Shown piece by piece: positions 1 to 10,099 of a stretch of DNA of 64,000 nucleotides. The notes below the pieces were generated by a model. That model ran no database searches, was not told the DNA's origin, and saw nothing but the letters and a program-made list of their open reading frames with translations. Made by a program: the position numbers and the translations under genes. The DNA is from Parasitella parasitica NRRL 2501 (taxonomy: Eukaryota > Fungi > Mucoromycota), in NCBI GenBank assembly GCA_025201805.1, contig MU619239.1, forward strand, positions 3,429 through 67,428. Reading direction: 5' to 3'. Position 1 is the stretch's first letter, and every line of letters starts with the position of its first letter.

Positions 1-539
1 ACTCAGACATGTACTATTAATATAGACTGGATAAGACTATACAAGGAATGATATTGTAATGATTCACATTACATGATGTCTCATTTTACATGAAACATCC
101 AATTGTTATAAATAGGTTCAACCTTTACCAGATATTGGAACGCTAGTGAAAATATCTGTAATAGCTATTATAGTTTATTACCATAAACATTTCTCATATA
201 CTAGCAAATCTATTATCTATAAATCATCCTTATCACTGCAAACCTGATCTGTCATTACCGATCGTTGTTTACATATAAGTTTATAGTTCATATAAACATC
301 GCCGCATTGCTGTCAATTACTTCTTGTCCAATAATATCTACATATATTATATAGTAATAAGTAATAACCCTGATAGCAATATCAACAATTAGATACACCA
401 ACCGTTCATTAACATAGTACATCATTCTACCCTTACTACTAGATAATTGTACTCCATCACAGATATACGCTTATGGATCGATATTAATAATCTTCGCATA
501 GAAGATTGATCAGGGTACTACCTCGTCGGGTAAATAAGA

Positions 540-613
540 TTTGACACTTTTTGTCAAACATCAGATGTTATGTGGACAAACATTGATTGTTGGGATATAT
601 TTTAGTATAAATA
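540..613 (+). repeat. ~75 bp direct repeat, copy 1 (copy 2 at 3929-3998)
   Basis: TTGACACTTTTTGTCAAACATCAGATGTTATGTGGACAAACATTGATTG..ATATATTTTAGTATAAATA recurs at 3929 as TTGACACTTCTTGTCAAACATCAGATGTTGTGCGGATAGACATTGATTGGAATATATTTTAGTATAAATA. Confidence 0.9.
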
Positions 614-1360
614 GAGATCATATCTTATGTCAATAAAAGTCTTCAGTTTTGTATCTGGTTTTATTCAGAAAAGTCTTATTATTTTATACAAATTATATTT
701 ACATAACATTACGCTGCGCCCTTTGACACTGGCACAACATGATTGTATTTTATAGATTAATTCTGATAGATTTATTCTAATATAAATAGACAGTTTCTTG
801 TCAATCAATAAATCAATAGTTTTGTATCTGGTAAATTAAGTTTTTATTACGTTTTCTTATATTCTTTATATCATATAGAATCACCTGCTGTGCTCAATTT
901 CCAGACCTGGCACAACAGTAGGTCGTTATGGTCTCTCGATAATCCCATGAGAATATAAATGTGCATGCAAGAGCGAATTTTTTCATAGCCAAAAAAAAGG
1001 GCCTATCGAGCTGAGTTAAGGCGCTAAATGTGCTCATGTGGAAACTAAAATAAAAAGATCTAAAATGATGCTTAACTGAGCACATAAATTGCTAGTCCTA
1101 TGTGATCGAGTACAATTATCTAGTAGTAAAAGGGTAAAATGATGTTCTATGTTAATTTCCAGTTGGCATTTCTACTTGCTGACATTGCTATCTGTGATGT
1201 ATTTTTCAGATATTTCAATACAATAAAAGGAGACTTGTAATAACTCACAGCTTTCAACTGTATCCGAACAATAAAAGAAGCATATCGTTTATTATGACAT
1301 AAATACAGGGTATTTATATCTTCAATTTTTTGGATCAAAAAAGATAATAAAAACCAAAAT

Positions 1361-1745
1361 TTAACGAGATACGAAAACTTAAAGACACTTTATTTAAGAT
1401 CGAAATGGCATCTGCTATTTATACTTTTTACAGCTGCATGAATTTATGGTGACTTATTTAGATTACTAATTGACAAGACTAATTCACAATGACAATCTAC
1501 TTGACAGGGTACGATATGAGGTTATACAGCAAGGGCTACACTTCTTTGAACTGACAGTGCCTTAGCCTTTATCCTGGTGCCCAGATCTGTGTTACCTACA
1601 GAAATAACCTTCTTGATTTGAAATAGAGACTTTATTCTCCAATTTACACAAGCGCATCACATTACATCATTTGACAATCTTCAATCTTCAATTGAAGTAC
1701 ATTGCCATGATATCCTGTCTGTAATTATCACAGATCACAATTATT
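1361..1745 (+). repeat. ~380 bp degenerate direct repeat, copy A (copy B at ~2042-2410)
   Basis: Shared collinear blocks: TTAACGAGATACGAAAACTT, GCATCTGCTATTTATACTTTTTACA, CAAGGCTA-like, CTGACAGT, CAGATCTGTGTTAC, ATAACCTTC.TGATTTGAAA, AGACTTTATTCTCC, AATTGAAGTA, CAGATCA. Confidence 0.9.
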
Positions 1746-2041
1746 TACTACGAGTGAGATGGTAGCGCTGTAATAACCAATAGATCAATCTGATAGTATA
1801 TTGTCACTGTTGATGAACGAATAGAAAATACACCGTGTTAGCACTGTCAATTGACTTGATATGTTTCATTATTGAGATTGACCCAAGAATATGTGATGTG
1901 TCAATTTCCCAACCGGAAGTCAAACTCAAGTAAACTCAATCCTGAGCACAATTCAGGAACATATCCCAATGGATCATGTTCCTTATTTATTGTTGAGGTC
2001 TGCAAGATTGAAATAAGAAAAGTATAATATAAAACGTTGAA

Positions 2042-2410
2042 TTAACGAGATACGAAAACTTGAGATTACTTAATTAAAGATTCAACTTTGCATCTGCTAT
2101 TTATACTTTTTACAACAACATAAAATACTAGTCGATACTAATCGATAAGAATAATTTGCAAGCAGTATCATATCCTTAACAGGAAACGATGTATTATTAT
2201 ACTACAAGGCTATTGATCTTTGATCTGACAGTACCTTATTGTTTGTCAATCATACAGATCTGTGTTACAGATAACCTTCCTGATTTGAAACAAAGACTTT
2301 ATTCTCCTGTTTCGACAAGTATAACAACACATCATTGGACAGTCTCCAATCTTTAATTGAAGTAAACTATCATGATCTCCTAACCTACATTATGGCAGAT
2401 CATTTATAAC
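2042..2410 (+). repeat. ~370 bp degenerate direct repeat, copy B
   Basis: Collinear with 1361-1745 at an offset of ~680 bp. Confidence 0.9.
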
Positions 2411-2456
2411 TAAACATGACATGTTCATGGACAATAGATACAATCTATCGTTCCAC

Positions 2457-2910
2457 TTGTTATGTCAAAAGTCTGATAAAATAAATCTGCCAAAGAATTA
2501 CACTTTTTGTTATGTCAAAATGAGTCAGTAAAATGAATCTGCCAAAGAGTTACACTTTTATTTGAAATACATCCTCTGGATGTATTTATATAAACTAACA
2601 TTATGTGCTAACGTCATCATACACAACTGTAACCAAGATTTATATATAGAGCATGCGGTGTAAATCCCTGATTAACCACGCACCTTGGCTTTTAGCCCCT
2701 TGATCTTGCTATAAGGTCTATGACATGTTATTGATATAACACTTTTATTCATAATACATCTTTCGATGTATTATATACACATTCATTACGCGAGGGTTCT
2801 ACTGTCTAACTTAACAATGTAAACCATGACTACCCATGGTTTACTGTAAGACCCTAGGACTGATCTAAGACCCTGATGCGAGACCTTGCCATGTTATTGA
2901 TATAACACCA
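2457..2910 (+). repeat. Cluster of short nested tandem duplications and hairpins
   Basis: TTGTTATGTCAAAA...AATCTGCCAAAGA.TTACACTTTT twice (2457, 2507); CATGTTATTGATATAACAC twice (~2724, ~2889); ACACTTTTATT..AATACATC..GATGTATT twice (~2552, ~2739). Confidence 0.85.
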
Positions 2911-3928
2911 CTCTCTATATTACACTATCATGAACCTGTCAAGCCTTCAAGGCAAATAATTATTCATCTTGATCTAAAAATACATATCACCTCGCTCCTC
3001 CCTAATCGATCCATATTACATTCTTGCCCCTCTGATCCATGCTGTCATTCTTGCCATACTCATTCACATTATACTATTGACTTATTGATCCACGATACCA
3101 TATTTACCTAATTGATCCACATTATAGGGAATAGTCTAGTTCGCATTTCAGTGAACTTGATAGCTCGCAAAAAAGTATAAATAGAGGCCATTTTGACCAT
3201 CAAAGAAAGGGTTCTTCGTCAGATCTCCTCGTCAAATTCCTTTATTAAATATCCCAAGCAATCTTCTTATTTTTCTCCACCTTTCCCTTATTAAATAATA
3301 ACCTCCTTGTTTAAAATAAACTTCTGTATATCTTCTCTTATTAATATGTCCCTGATTATCTAATAAGGCCGTGGATCCTCGATACACACTATGTCTCATA
3401 CTTGCATCTTATTCCCCCATCGGTCCACTTAGATTCACTAGTATATAAACCATCATATTTTCCATGTGATAAACAAGATCTTAACCTGACTAATTCACAA
3501 CCGTTTTATTTGAATAATTTCTCATTCTGATAAATCAACTAGCGGACAACTTTACAAGGACTCTAGGAATTGGAAATTTCCTTCTTCCTTTATCTGGTCT
3601 CTCTCTTATTATTAAAAAATAAATTGAAACTTGATAACAGCGAATCATTTTCTGCTTCCTGTGTTTTATATTACGTTTAGGAGTTGTATCCATATAAAGG
3701 CTATAACACAATTATAATGTACGGATCATAAGTTAATCGTTGGTAACTCTTTTACAAATAAGGAATAAGCTACAAGTTTTAATTGAACCTCTTGCAAGGT
3801 TCTAGGCTTATTCAAAGATTATATCAAGATCAGATCGCGGGATGTCGGGAAGATATCCTACCTAATCTTCTCTTTAATGTAAAATAGAAGAATAGGTCTG
3901 TCCTGGAAACGTTGTGATTTAATAATGC

Positions 3929-3998
3929 TTGACACTTCTTGTCAAACATCAGATGTTGTGCGGATAGACATTGATTGGAATATATTTTAGTATAAATA
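3929..3998 (+). repeat. ~70 bp direct repeat, copy 2
   Basis: Matches 540-613. Confidence 0.9.
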
Positions 3999-4099
3999 AA
4001 TAATTATAATGCATAACTTTTACACTGTTTTTGTTTATTTTATTTAATTTGAATGAAATGTTCCACGGTTATGATTGTGAAGGTTTATGTTTTTTAAAA

Positions 4100-5578
4100 T
4101 TAAATCAAGTCGGTAACTAGAAAAACCAAATTAGTCAATCATTGGTATAGCCAAAATACCTTTCAACTTACCATTCATTGGCATTTCGTCAATTTGTGTG
4201 CTATAATATTGCTCGATATCACGCAAAATCTTAAGATCATCATTCTTTACAAAGTTGATTGCAACACCTTTACGACCGAAACGACCTGATCTACCAATAC
4301 GATGAATATAATTTTCACGGTTGGCAGGTAAATCGTAATTGATGACCAACGAAACTTGTTGAACATCGATACCACGAGCCCAAACATCAGTTGTGATCAA
4401 TACTCGGCTAAAAAAAAATACAAGGGGAATTATTATTTACTTAACATTTGATCGTAAATCAAGTAGTCTACCTAGCACCTTGACGAAATTCCTGCATAAT
4501 AGCATCGCGCTCCTTTTGAGGCATATCACCATGCATAGCGGACACCGTGAAATTTGCCTCTCTCATTTTTTCAGTTAACCAGTCGACCTGTAAATTCTAG
4601 TATCAGACGAATATTTTTTTTGGCTCCAACTAAATTTTTGCTAACCTTTCTTCTAGTATTGCAGAAAATAACAGCCTGTGTAATTGTAAGAGTATCATAA
4701 AGATCACATAATGTATCAAACTTCCATTCTTCACGCTCAACGGCGACAAAGAACTGTTTGATGCCTTCCAAGGTCAATTCATCACGCTTCACAAGAATAC
4801 GAATAGGATCTGTCATAAAATTATTGGTCATCTCCAAAACATCGTTGGGTAATGTGGCGGATAAAAGAACAACTTGCGTTCCAGGAGGCAGATAGCGATA
4901 AACATCGTAAATTTGATCCTTGAACCCCAAATTCAAAAGTTCATCCGCTTCATCAAGAACCAACATTTTGATATTACGAGTACGCAAAGAACGACGACGG
5001 ATCATGTCAAACACACGACCAGGTGTTCCAGAAATAACTTGAGATCCTGCTTCCAACTTACGGATATCCTCGCCTATATTAGTACCACCGATACATGCAT
5101 GGCACTCCACGTTCATATAATCGCCAAGTGCCAAAACAACGCTTTGGATTTGTGTAGCTAATTCGCGAGTTGGTGACAAGATTAATGCTTGTGTTTCCTT
5201 GGTGCTGGTGTCAATAGCTTGTAGGACTGAAATAGAAAAGGTAGCAGTTTTACCAGTGCCAGACTGGGCTTGAGCGATAACATCACGTCCCTTAATAATG
5301 GGGACAATAGCTATTTATAAATGTGTGAGTATTGCATTTGATTTGAAGTGTAATGGGTGATGACAAACCTCTTTGTTGGATAGCTGAAGGTTTTTCAAAG
5401 TTATAAGCATAAATGCCACGAAGCAAATCCTCTTTTAACCCGATAGAGTCGAAAGTGGGTACAACTTTAACCTACAGAAGATGACCGTAAATAACACTTT
5501 ACATGCAGAATCCGCCAAACATACACTTCCAGATGTCTCGAAGGCGAGCTTGTCGTCGGCAGAATGGTCGAAAGACAT
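4100..5578 (-). CDS. FAL1: DEAD-box RNA helicase eIF4A-III / Fal1 (exon junction complex core), multi-exon
   Basis: Motifs [27 protein letters not shown] and [13 protein letters not shown], plus the eIF4A3-typical [26 protein letters not shown] at 5578 ([10 protein letters not shown]). Last mini-exon ends VTDLI-TAA at 4100. Confidence 0.95.
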
Positions 5579-5920
5579 TGTAAAAAGTACTACTAAAGAC
5601 TAAAAGAAGGGTCTGTAGATATGTAGACGCTCTGAAGAGAAAAAAATTCACTCAAATGACGTCTGATGCACAGTCCCAGTGATTATTATGGCTGAGAACA
5701 AGGCAAACACTCTGGTACGTTCATCCGTATTGTTAAAGATGCTGATACGCATATATGCCCTAGAGAGCAAATTGAGTGATGGTTGTTTATTGAAAGACTG
5801 ATTCATGATAAACCAATTTTTTTTACTGCTTGGATAAGATGCGACGGATGTTCAATGAGATGTATGTTTACAATGAATGCCATGTGCAATGTGTAATGTT
5901 TGAAATATTTTTTTTCAGCG

Positions 5921-7168
5921 CTAAAAAGTGTAGCGATCCATGAAAAAATGGGCAAAATCTGGATCATCATCTTCAATGTCATCGTATAATCCATCGTAAA
6001 TCAAATCTTCTACGAACGCTTCATCATATTCTTCGAGGTAGTCCTCGTCTATATCGACGCCGATATCAATATCCTCATCTTCGTCGTCCATGAGTTCATT
6101 CATAAAGTCTTCATTCGCGAATTCACTCATAAAATACTGTCGGCTTAAGTTTTCGAGGAATAAAAAATTGGAGGCGGTCCACGTTGGCTTCTTTTCCCCG
6201 TTATTTTCATGGAAATGCTCGTTCTTGTATTGATAAGATACATGGATACGCTTGGCTTTGGTTGCAAAGGCTTTAAATTTGATTAAAATATTGGTTGCTT
6301 GTGTTTCCTTTAAATTTTTGTCAGGCACAACAGTAGATGCCAACAAAAGTAAGCTTTCAAGATTGGTGAATCTTGTACTGATGTATTCCAAAGATTTGAT
6401 ATCGATGCTTGATACTCCCAGTTTGAATTTTGTCAGTGATGGATACTCCACTAGAGTAGGATCGGATGGCAATTCATTCAATGTGTTGGTAATCTTACCA
6501 ATGCCATCCAATTCGAGCTCTTGCAAGCGATCATTATTCTTGAGCAGTTCAGTCAGGTTGATATCCGCAATCTTTTCGATCAATGAACTGCATTGTGCCT
6601 TTAAGGATGTCAGTTGCGGAAAATACGAGGCAAATGCCACCAAACCACCATAATTCTGTAATGCGGCATTGTCTCTCATGTCCATGATTTCAACTGAAGT
6701 GATTGTGGCACGAAAGCGGTAGTTGACCCATAGATGGAATCGTCGCACTGCAGGAGAGCATTCTAATAAGTGTAGAATTTGTATTTTCTGGATGTTTGGT
6801 AGCAGTGCTTCTTTGCAATTGAGGCTTTTGAGATAGTGAAACACGTCAGTCATTTCAAATTGCAGTTCGAGGAGATTTGAGCAAAGGCTGATGACCGCCC
6901 TAAAGACTTCAGGAGAGGCCATACCTGTAGACAAATGGTTGATTGTGATGCGTGATATTTTGGGACCCAATACTGCATATTCCTTCAAGTCTTTTGAGAG
7001 ATTATACAAACGACTATCGCTCATATTTATCTGAATATCTTGGTTAAAGAATGAGCGAGCAATATAATTCCACGGTCTGGATACAAGCAGACATGTCTTA
7101 AGGCCTTGCTTGTCTACCAAGTCGAACACTTGCTTCCAAAGCTCGGGCGGTAGATGAAGCTCTGTCAT
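5921..7168 (-). CDS. F-box/LRR-like protein with acidic C-terminal tail, single exon, 415 aa
   Basis: N-terminal LPPELWKQVFDLVDKQGLKTCLLVSRPWN is an F-box pattern. It is followed by LRR-like segments (FPQLTSL, YPSLTKF, FTNLESL) and a D/E-rich tail. Confidence 0.85.
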   Translation of the reverse strand: MTELHLPPELWKQVFDLVDKQGLKTCLLVSRPWNYIARSFFNQDIQINMSDSRLYNLSKDLKEYAVLGPKISRITINHLSTGMASPEVFRAVISLCSNLLELQFEMTDVFHYLKSLNCKEALLPNIQKIQILHLLECSPAVRRFHLWVNYRFRATITSVEIMDMRDNAALQNYGGLVAFASYFPQLTSLKAQCSSLIEKIADINLTELLKNNDRLQELELDGIGKITNTLNELPSDPTLVEYPSLTKFKLGVSSIDIKSLEYISTRFTNLESLLLLASTVVPDKNLKETQATNILIKFKAFATKAKRIHVSYQYKNEHFHENNGEKKPTWTASNFLFLENLSRQYFMSEFANEDFMNELMDDEDEDIDIGVDIDEDYLEEYDEAFVEDLIYDGLYDDIEDDDPDFAHFFMDRYTF

Positions 7169-7559
7169 GATTTATGCTCGAGGGAGAAAGGAAGACTCTT
7201 TTTTATTTTTTTTTATTTTTTATTTTTACAAGCGGCATTTATGTATATCATCCCTACTGTGCTTCCAACGCTGTCTTTAATCAGATGTAACAATTGAAGC
7301 TTATAGCCTGTTGATATGTATGATGTTAAAAGACAAATTAAAGTTACTCATTGACATGAAACACCCGATTTCCTGCGAACCAAATGCCTAATTAATTTCT
7401 TCAAAAATGAACTGCCTGCCCCTCCAAGTTTCCTATCATGTCCAAATATGGCTATGCTTCGTTTTCTCTGGTATGTTTGGATATGTACCGAGTATATAAA
7501 CACTTTCATTCCAAAACTATTTCAGCTGTTCTATACCTTCTTCTTTTGTACAAAAAAAT

Positions 7560-8873
7560 ATGGGCTACGGACAGAGTAATCAAGATGACACAAAATACCA
7601 GCAAATATCGCTTACCGTAAATACATTGGAGCTACCATCACCTTCGTCATCTGTGGTCGCATCCAAGAAGGTTAGGAGCGTGCCGTCATTTGTCACTGCT
7701 GGTCTACCCATCCTCACTTACTGTGTAGCAAGCATCGTAATGACAGTGACAAACAAGTATGTCGTGAGTGGTGATTTCAACATGGTGTTCTTCCTGTTGA
7801 CTATCCAAAGTCTGGTAACTGTGTTTTTTGCAAGTATTCAAATTCCTCAATCTGATCAAATACCGTGAGTTTGATGCCGAAACAGCCAAAAAATGGTATC
7901 CTATCGTAATATTTTTGGTGGCTATGATCTACACTGGTTCAAAAGCGCTACAGTACCTGCCAATTCCAGTATACACAATCTTTAAGAACTTGACCATCAT
8001 TCTAATTGCTTATGGTGAGGTGCTTTGGTTTGGAGGAAGTGTTACCTCCATGGTGATGGTGTCTTTTGGCTTAATAACTCTGTCATCTGTCATTGCTGGC
8101 TGGCACGATGTATCTTCTGCCGTGCAATCCATGCTTGAAGTTTCGACAGCTTTTACAGCTGTAAGTAGCACTAATATGCTGGGCTACTTTTGGATGGCTG
8201 TCAATTGCATTTCATCTGCTTCGTTCGTGCTGTATATGCGTAAACGAATCAAGTTGACCAACTTTAAAGATTTTGATACAGTCTATTACAACAACTTGCT
8301 CTCTGTTCCATTGCTAATTATTCCTAGTTTGCTGCTAGAAGACTGGTCTGAGAAAAACTTGCTGATGAATTTGTAAGTATTTACAAAGATGTAGACATTC
8401 TGGATGTTTTTTTTGCTAACATGGTACGGACAAAAAAAAAGCCCTCCTGAGCAGCGGCAGGCACGTATCTGGGCTATGGTATTTTCTGGCATTTCAGCAT
8501 TCGGTATGTCTTATGCTTCTGCGTGGTGTGTGCGCACAACATCCTCAACTACTTATTCTATGGTGGGCTCGTTGAATAAGCTGCCTATTGCTGTCTCGGG
8601 CATTGTGTTTTTTGGTGATGTGGCCACTTTTAGCAATGTATCAGCCATCTTGATTGGTAAGTTTTTGTGCAGATTTGTGGTCATTTGACTTCATATTGAT
8701 CTGGACCAATTTTAGGTTTTGTCGCCGGTATGGTTTATTCGTATGCCAAGGCATTCCCTAGCAAAAAGTCCAAGGATGCGTCCATTTGCACCGTTTCCTC
8801 CGCATCAAGCCAAAGTTATTCTGATGCAAACAATGTCAATGAGAAGATAAACATTGAAAAAATGGGCTCATGA
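7560..8873 (+). CDS. VRG4: Golgi GDP-mannose transporter (Vrg4/GMT family) with an apparent 1-nt frameshift at ~7824-7830
   Basis: [52 protein letters not shown] and [13 protein letters not shown] (GALNK-type motif). Introns at ~8373-8441 and ~8657-8716. TGA at 8871-8873. Confidence 0.9.
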
Positions 8874-9043
8874 ACATCTTGAGCCATTGCATCTACACTT
8901 CTTGCGCATTACTGAATTATTCAATCTAATTTTATTTTACACAAGTCTACCCAATTCTATAAAAACACAATCCTTTGTGGAAAGTTTCAGCATATCCGTG
9001 CACGTTTATGTATGTGTGCGTGTAAAAAAAGGGGGGGGGTATT

Positions 9044-9742
9044 CTATCGTTGCTTTAAATGCTTGATTGCCATATCAACAAAGAATTCATGAAGACGGTT
9101 ATCGTTTGTTAATTCAGGATGGAATGCTGTTGCAAAGAGATGATCCTCTATGACGGCCACAGCTGTTTCAGCCTCGGTTTGGCCATGCTTCTGTTCCAAG
9201 CGACCAACAATCTTTACCCTTGGTGATTTGATCTCTGCAATGACAGGTGCACGGATGAAAACAGCATCAAAAGGCTCATCTCCCAATAATTCGGGCAGAT
9301 GCAGTTTGGTCTGGAAGCTCTCCTTTTGAGATCCAAATTGATTACGCTGCACAACCACATCCAAGGCATTGAAGAGTTGCTGGCCGCCCCTCTTGGCTCC
9401 AGTAGCCTCCTTTGCCAGCATAATCATACCTGCACAAGTACCCCAAGTAGGCTTCTTTTGTACAAAAGTACGCAAGGGTTCTAACATGTTGCAGCGCTCG
9501 GCGATAAGAGCCATGGCAGTAGATTCCCCACCGGGAATAATAAGACAATCAACATCATCCAGCTGTTGTTCAGTGCGGACTGGGATTGCCTCCTTGACTT
9601 GAGGGATTCTGTTCAACATATGGATGTGCTCGATAAAAGCACCTTGCAAAGCTGAACTCAAACAATCGTTTAACACTACAATTTCTATAGTTGAAAGCGA
9701 AATCTTACCGAGGACACCAACAGTGATACTAGCAGTAGTCAT
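9044..9742 (-). CDS. PDX2: PLP synthase glutaminase subunit Pdx2/Sno1, one 57-nt intron (9652-9708)
   Basis: GVLALQGAF after splicing, IIPGGEST, WGTCAGMI (catalytic Cys), FIRAP and FHPELT (His/Glu). Confidence 0.95.
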   Translation of the reverse strand: MTTASITVGVLGKISLSTIEIVVLNDCLSSALQGAFIEHIHMLNRIPQVKEAIPVRTEQQLDDVDCLIIPGGESTAMALIAERCNMLEPLRTFVQKKPTWGTCAGMIMLAKEATGAKRGGQQLFNALDVVVQRNQFGSQKESFQTKLHLPELLGDEPFDAVFIRAPVIAEIKSPRVKIVGRLEQKHGQTEAETAVAVIEDHLFATAFHPELTNDNRLHEFFVDMAIKHLKQR

Positions 9743-10099
9743 TTTTCAAGATATCAGTCAAAGGAAAAAGGGGGTACAAGCCTTTCATCCTAGAAAAATC
9801 GTCTTATATAGCAGCTGAAACCTAGCAAAGATGACTCCAAATGATGCGAAACGTCACAGCATCTCCCCCACCTTCCATGAAATGTCAACTTTTTCACCAT
9901 TTTTAGAAGTCTTTAAGCCAATAAAAGCTGCTTTTATTTTTCAGGAACATGGACAATGGGCTTGAGTACAGACGAGAATAAGAGAAAGCAACACCCTGTT
10001 GGATATTGCACTAATTTCATTTGATAAAGTTTATCAACAGATAAACAAACCAAAGCATTGCTCGGATATATATAAACGGAGGTTATTTTTATTAACTCA

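Noticed and set aside
2169-2181. ATATCCTTAAC resembling U12 intron 5' splice-site and branch signals
   Set aside because: It lies in non-genic repeat DNA with no exon context, and the paralogous repeat copy lacks it
2458-3710. Solo LTR (TGTTAT...ATAACA with an internal TATA box at ~3176)
   Set aside because: No matching target-site duplication for any candidate end pair, and no PBS, PPT or gag/pol relic seen
540-3998. CRISPR-like array suggested by the palindromic repeats
   Set aside because: Repeats occur in only two or three irregularly spaced copies with no regular spacers, the context is eukaryotic, and no cas genes are present
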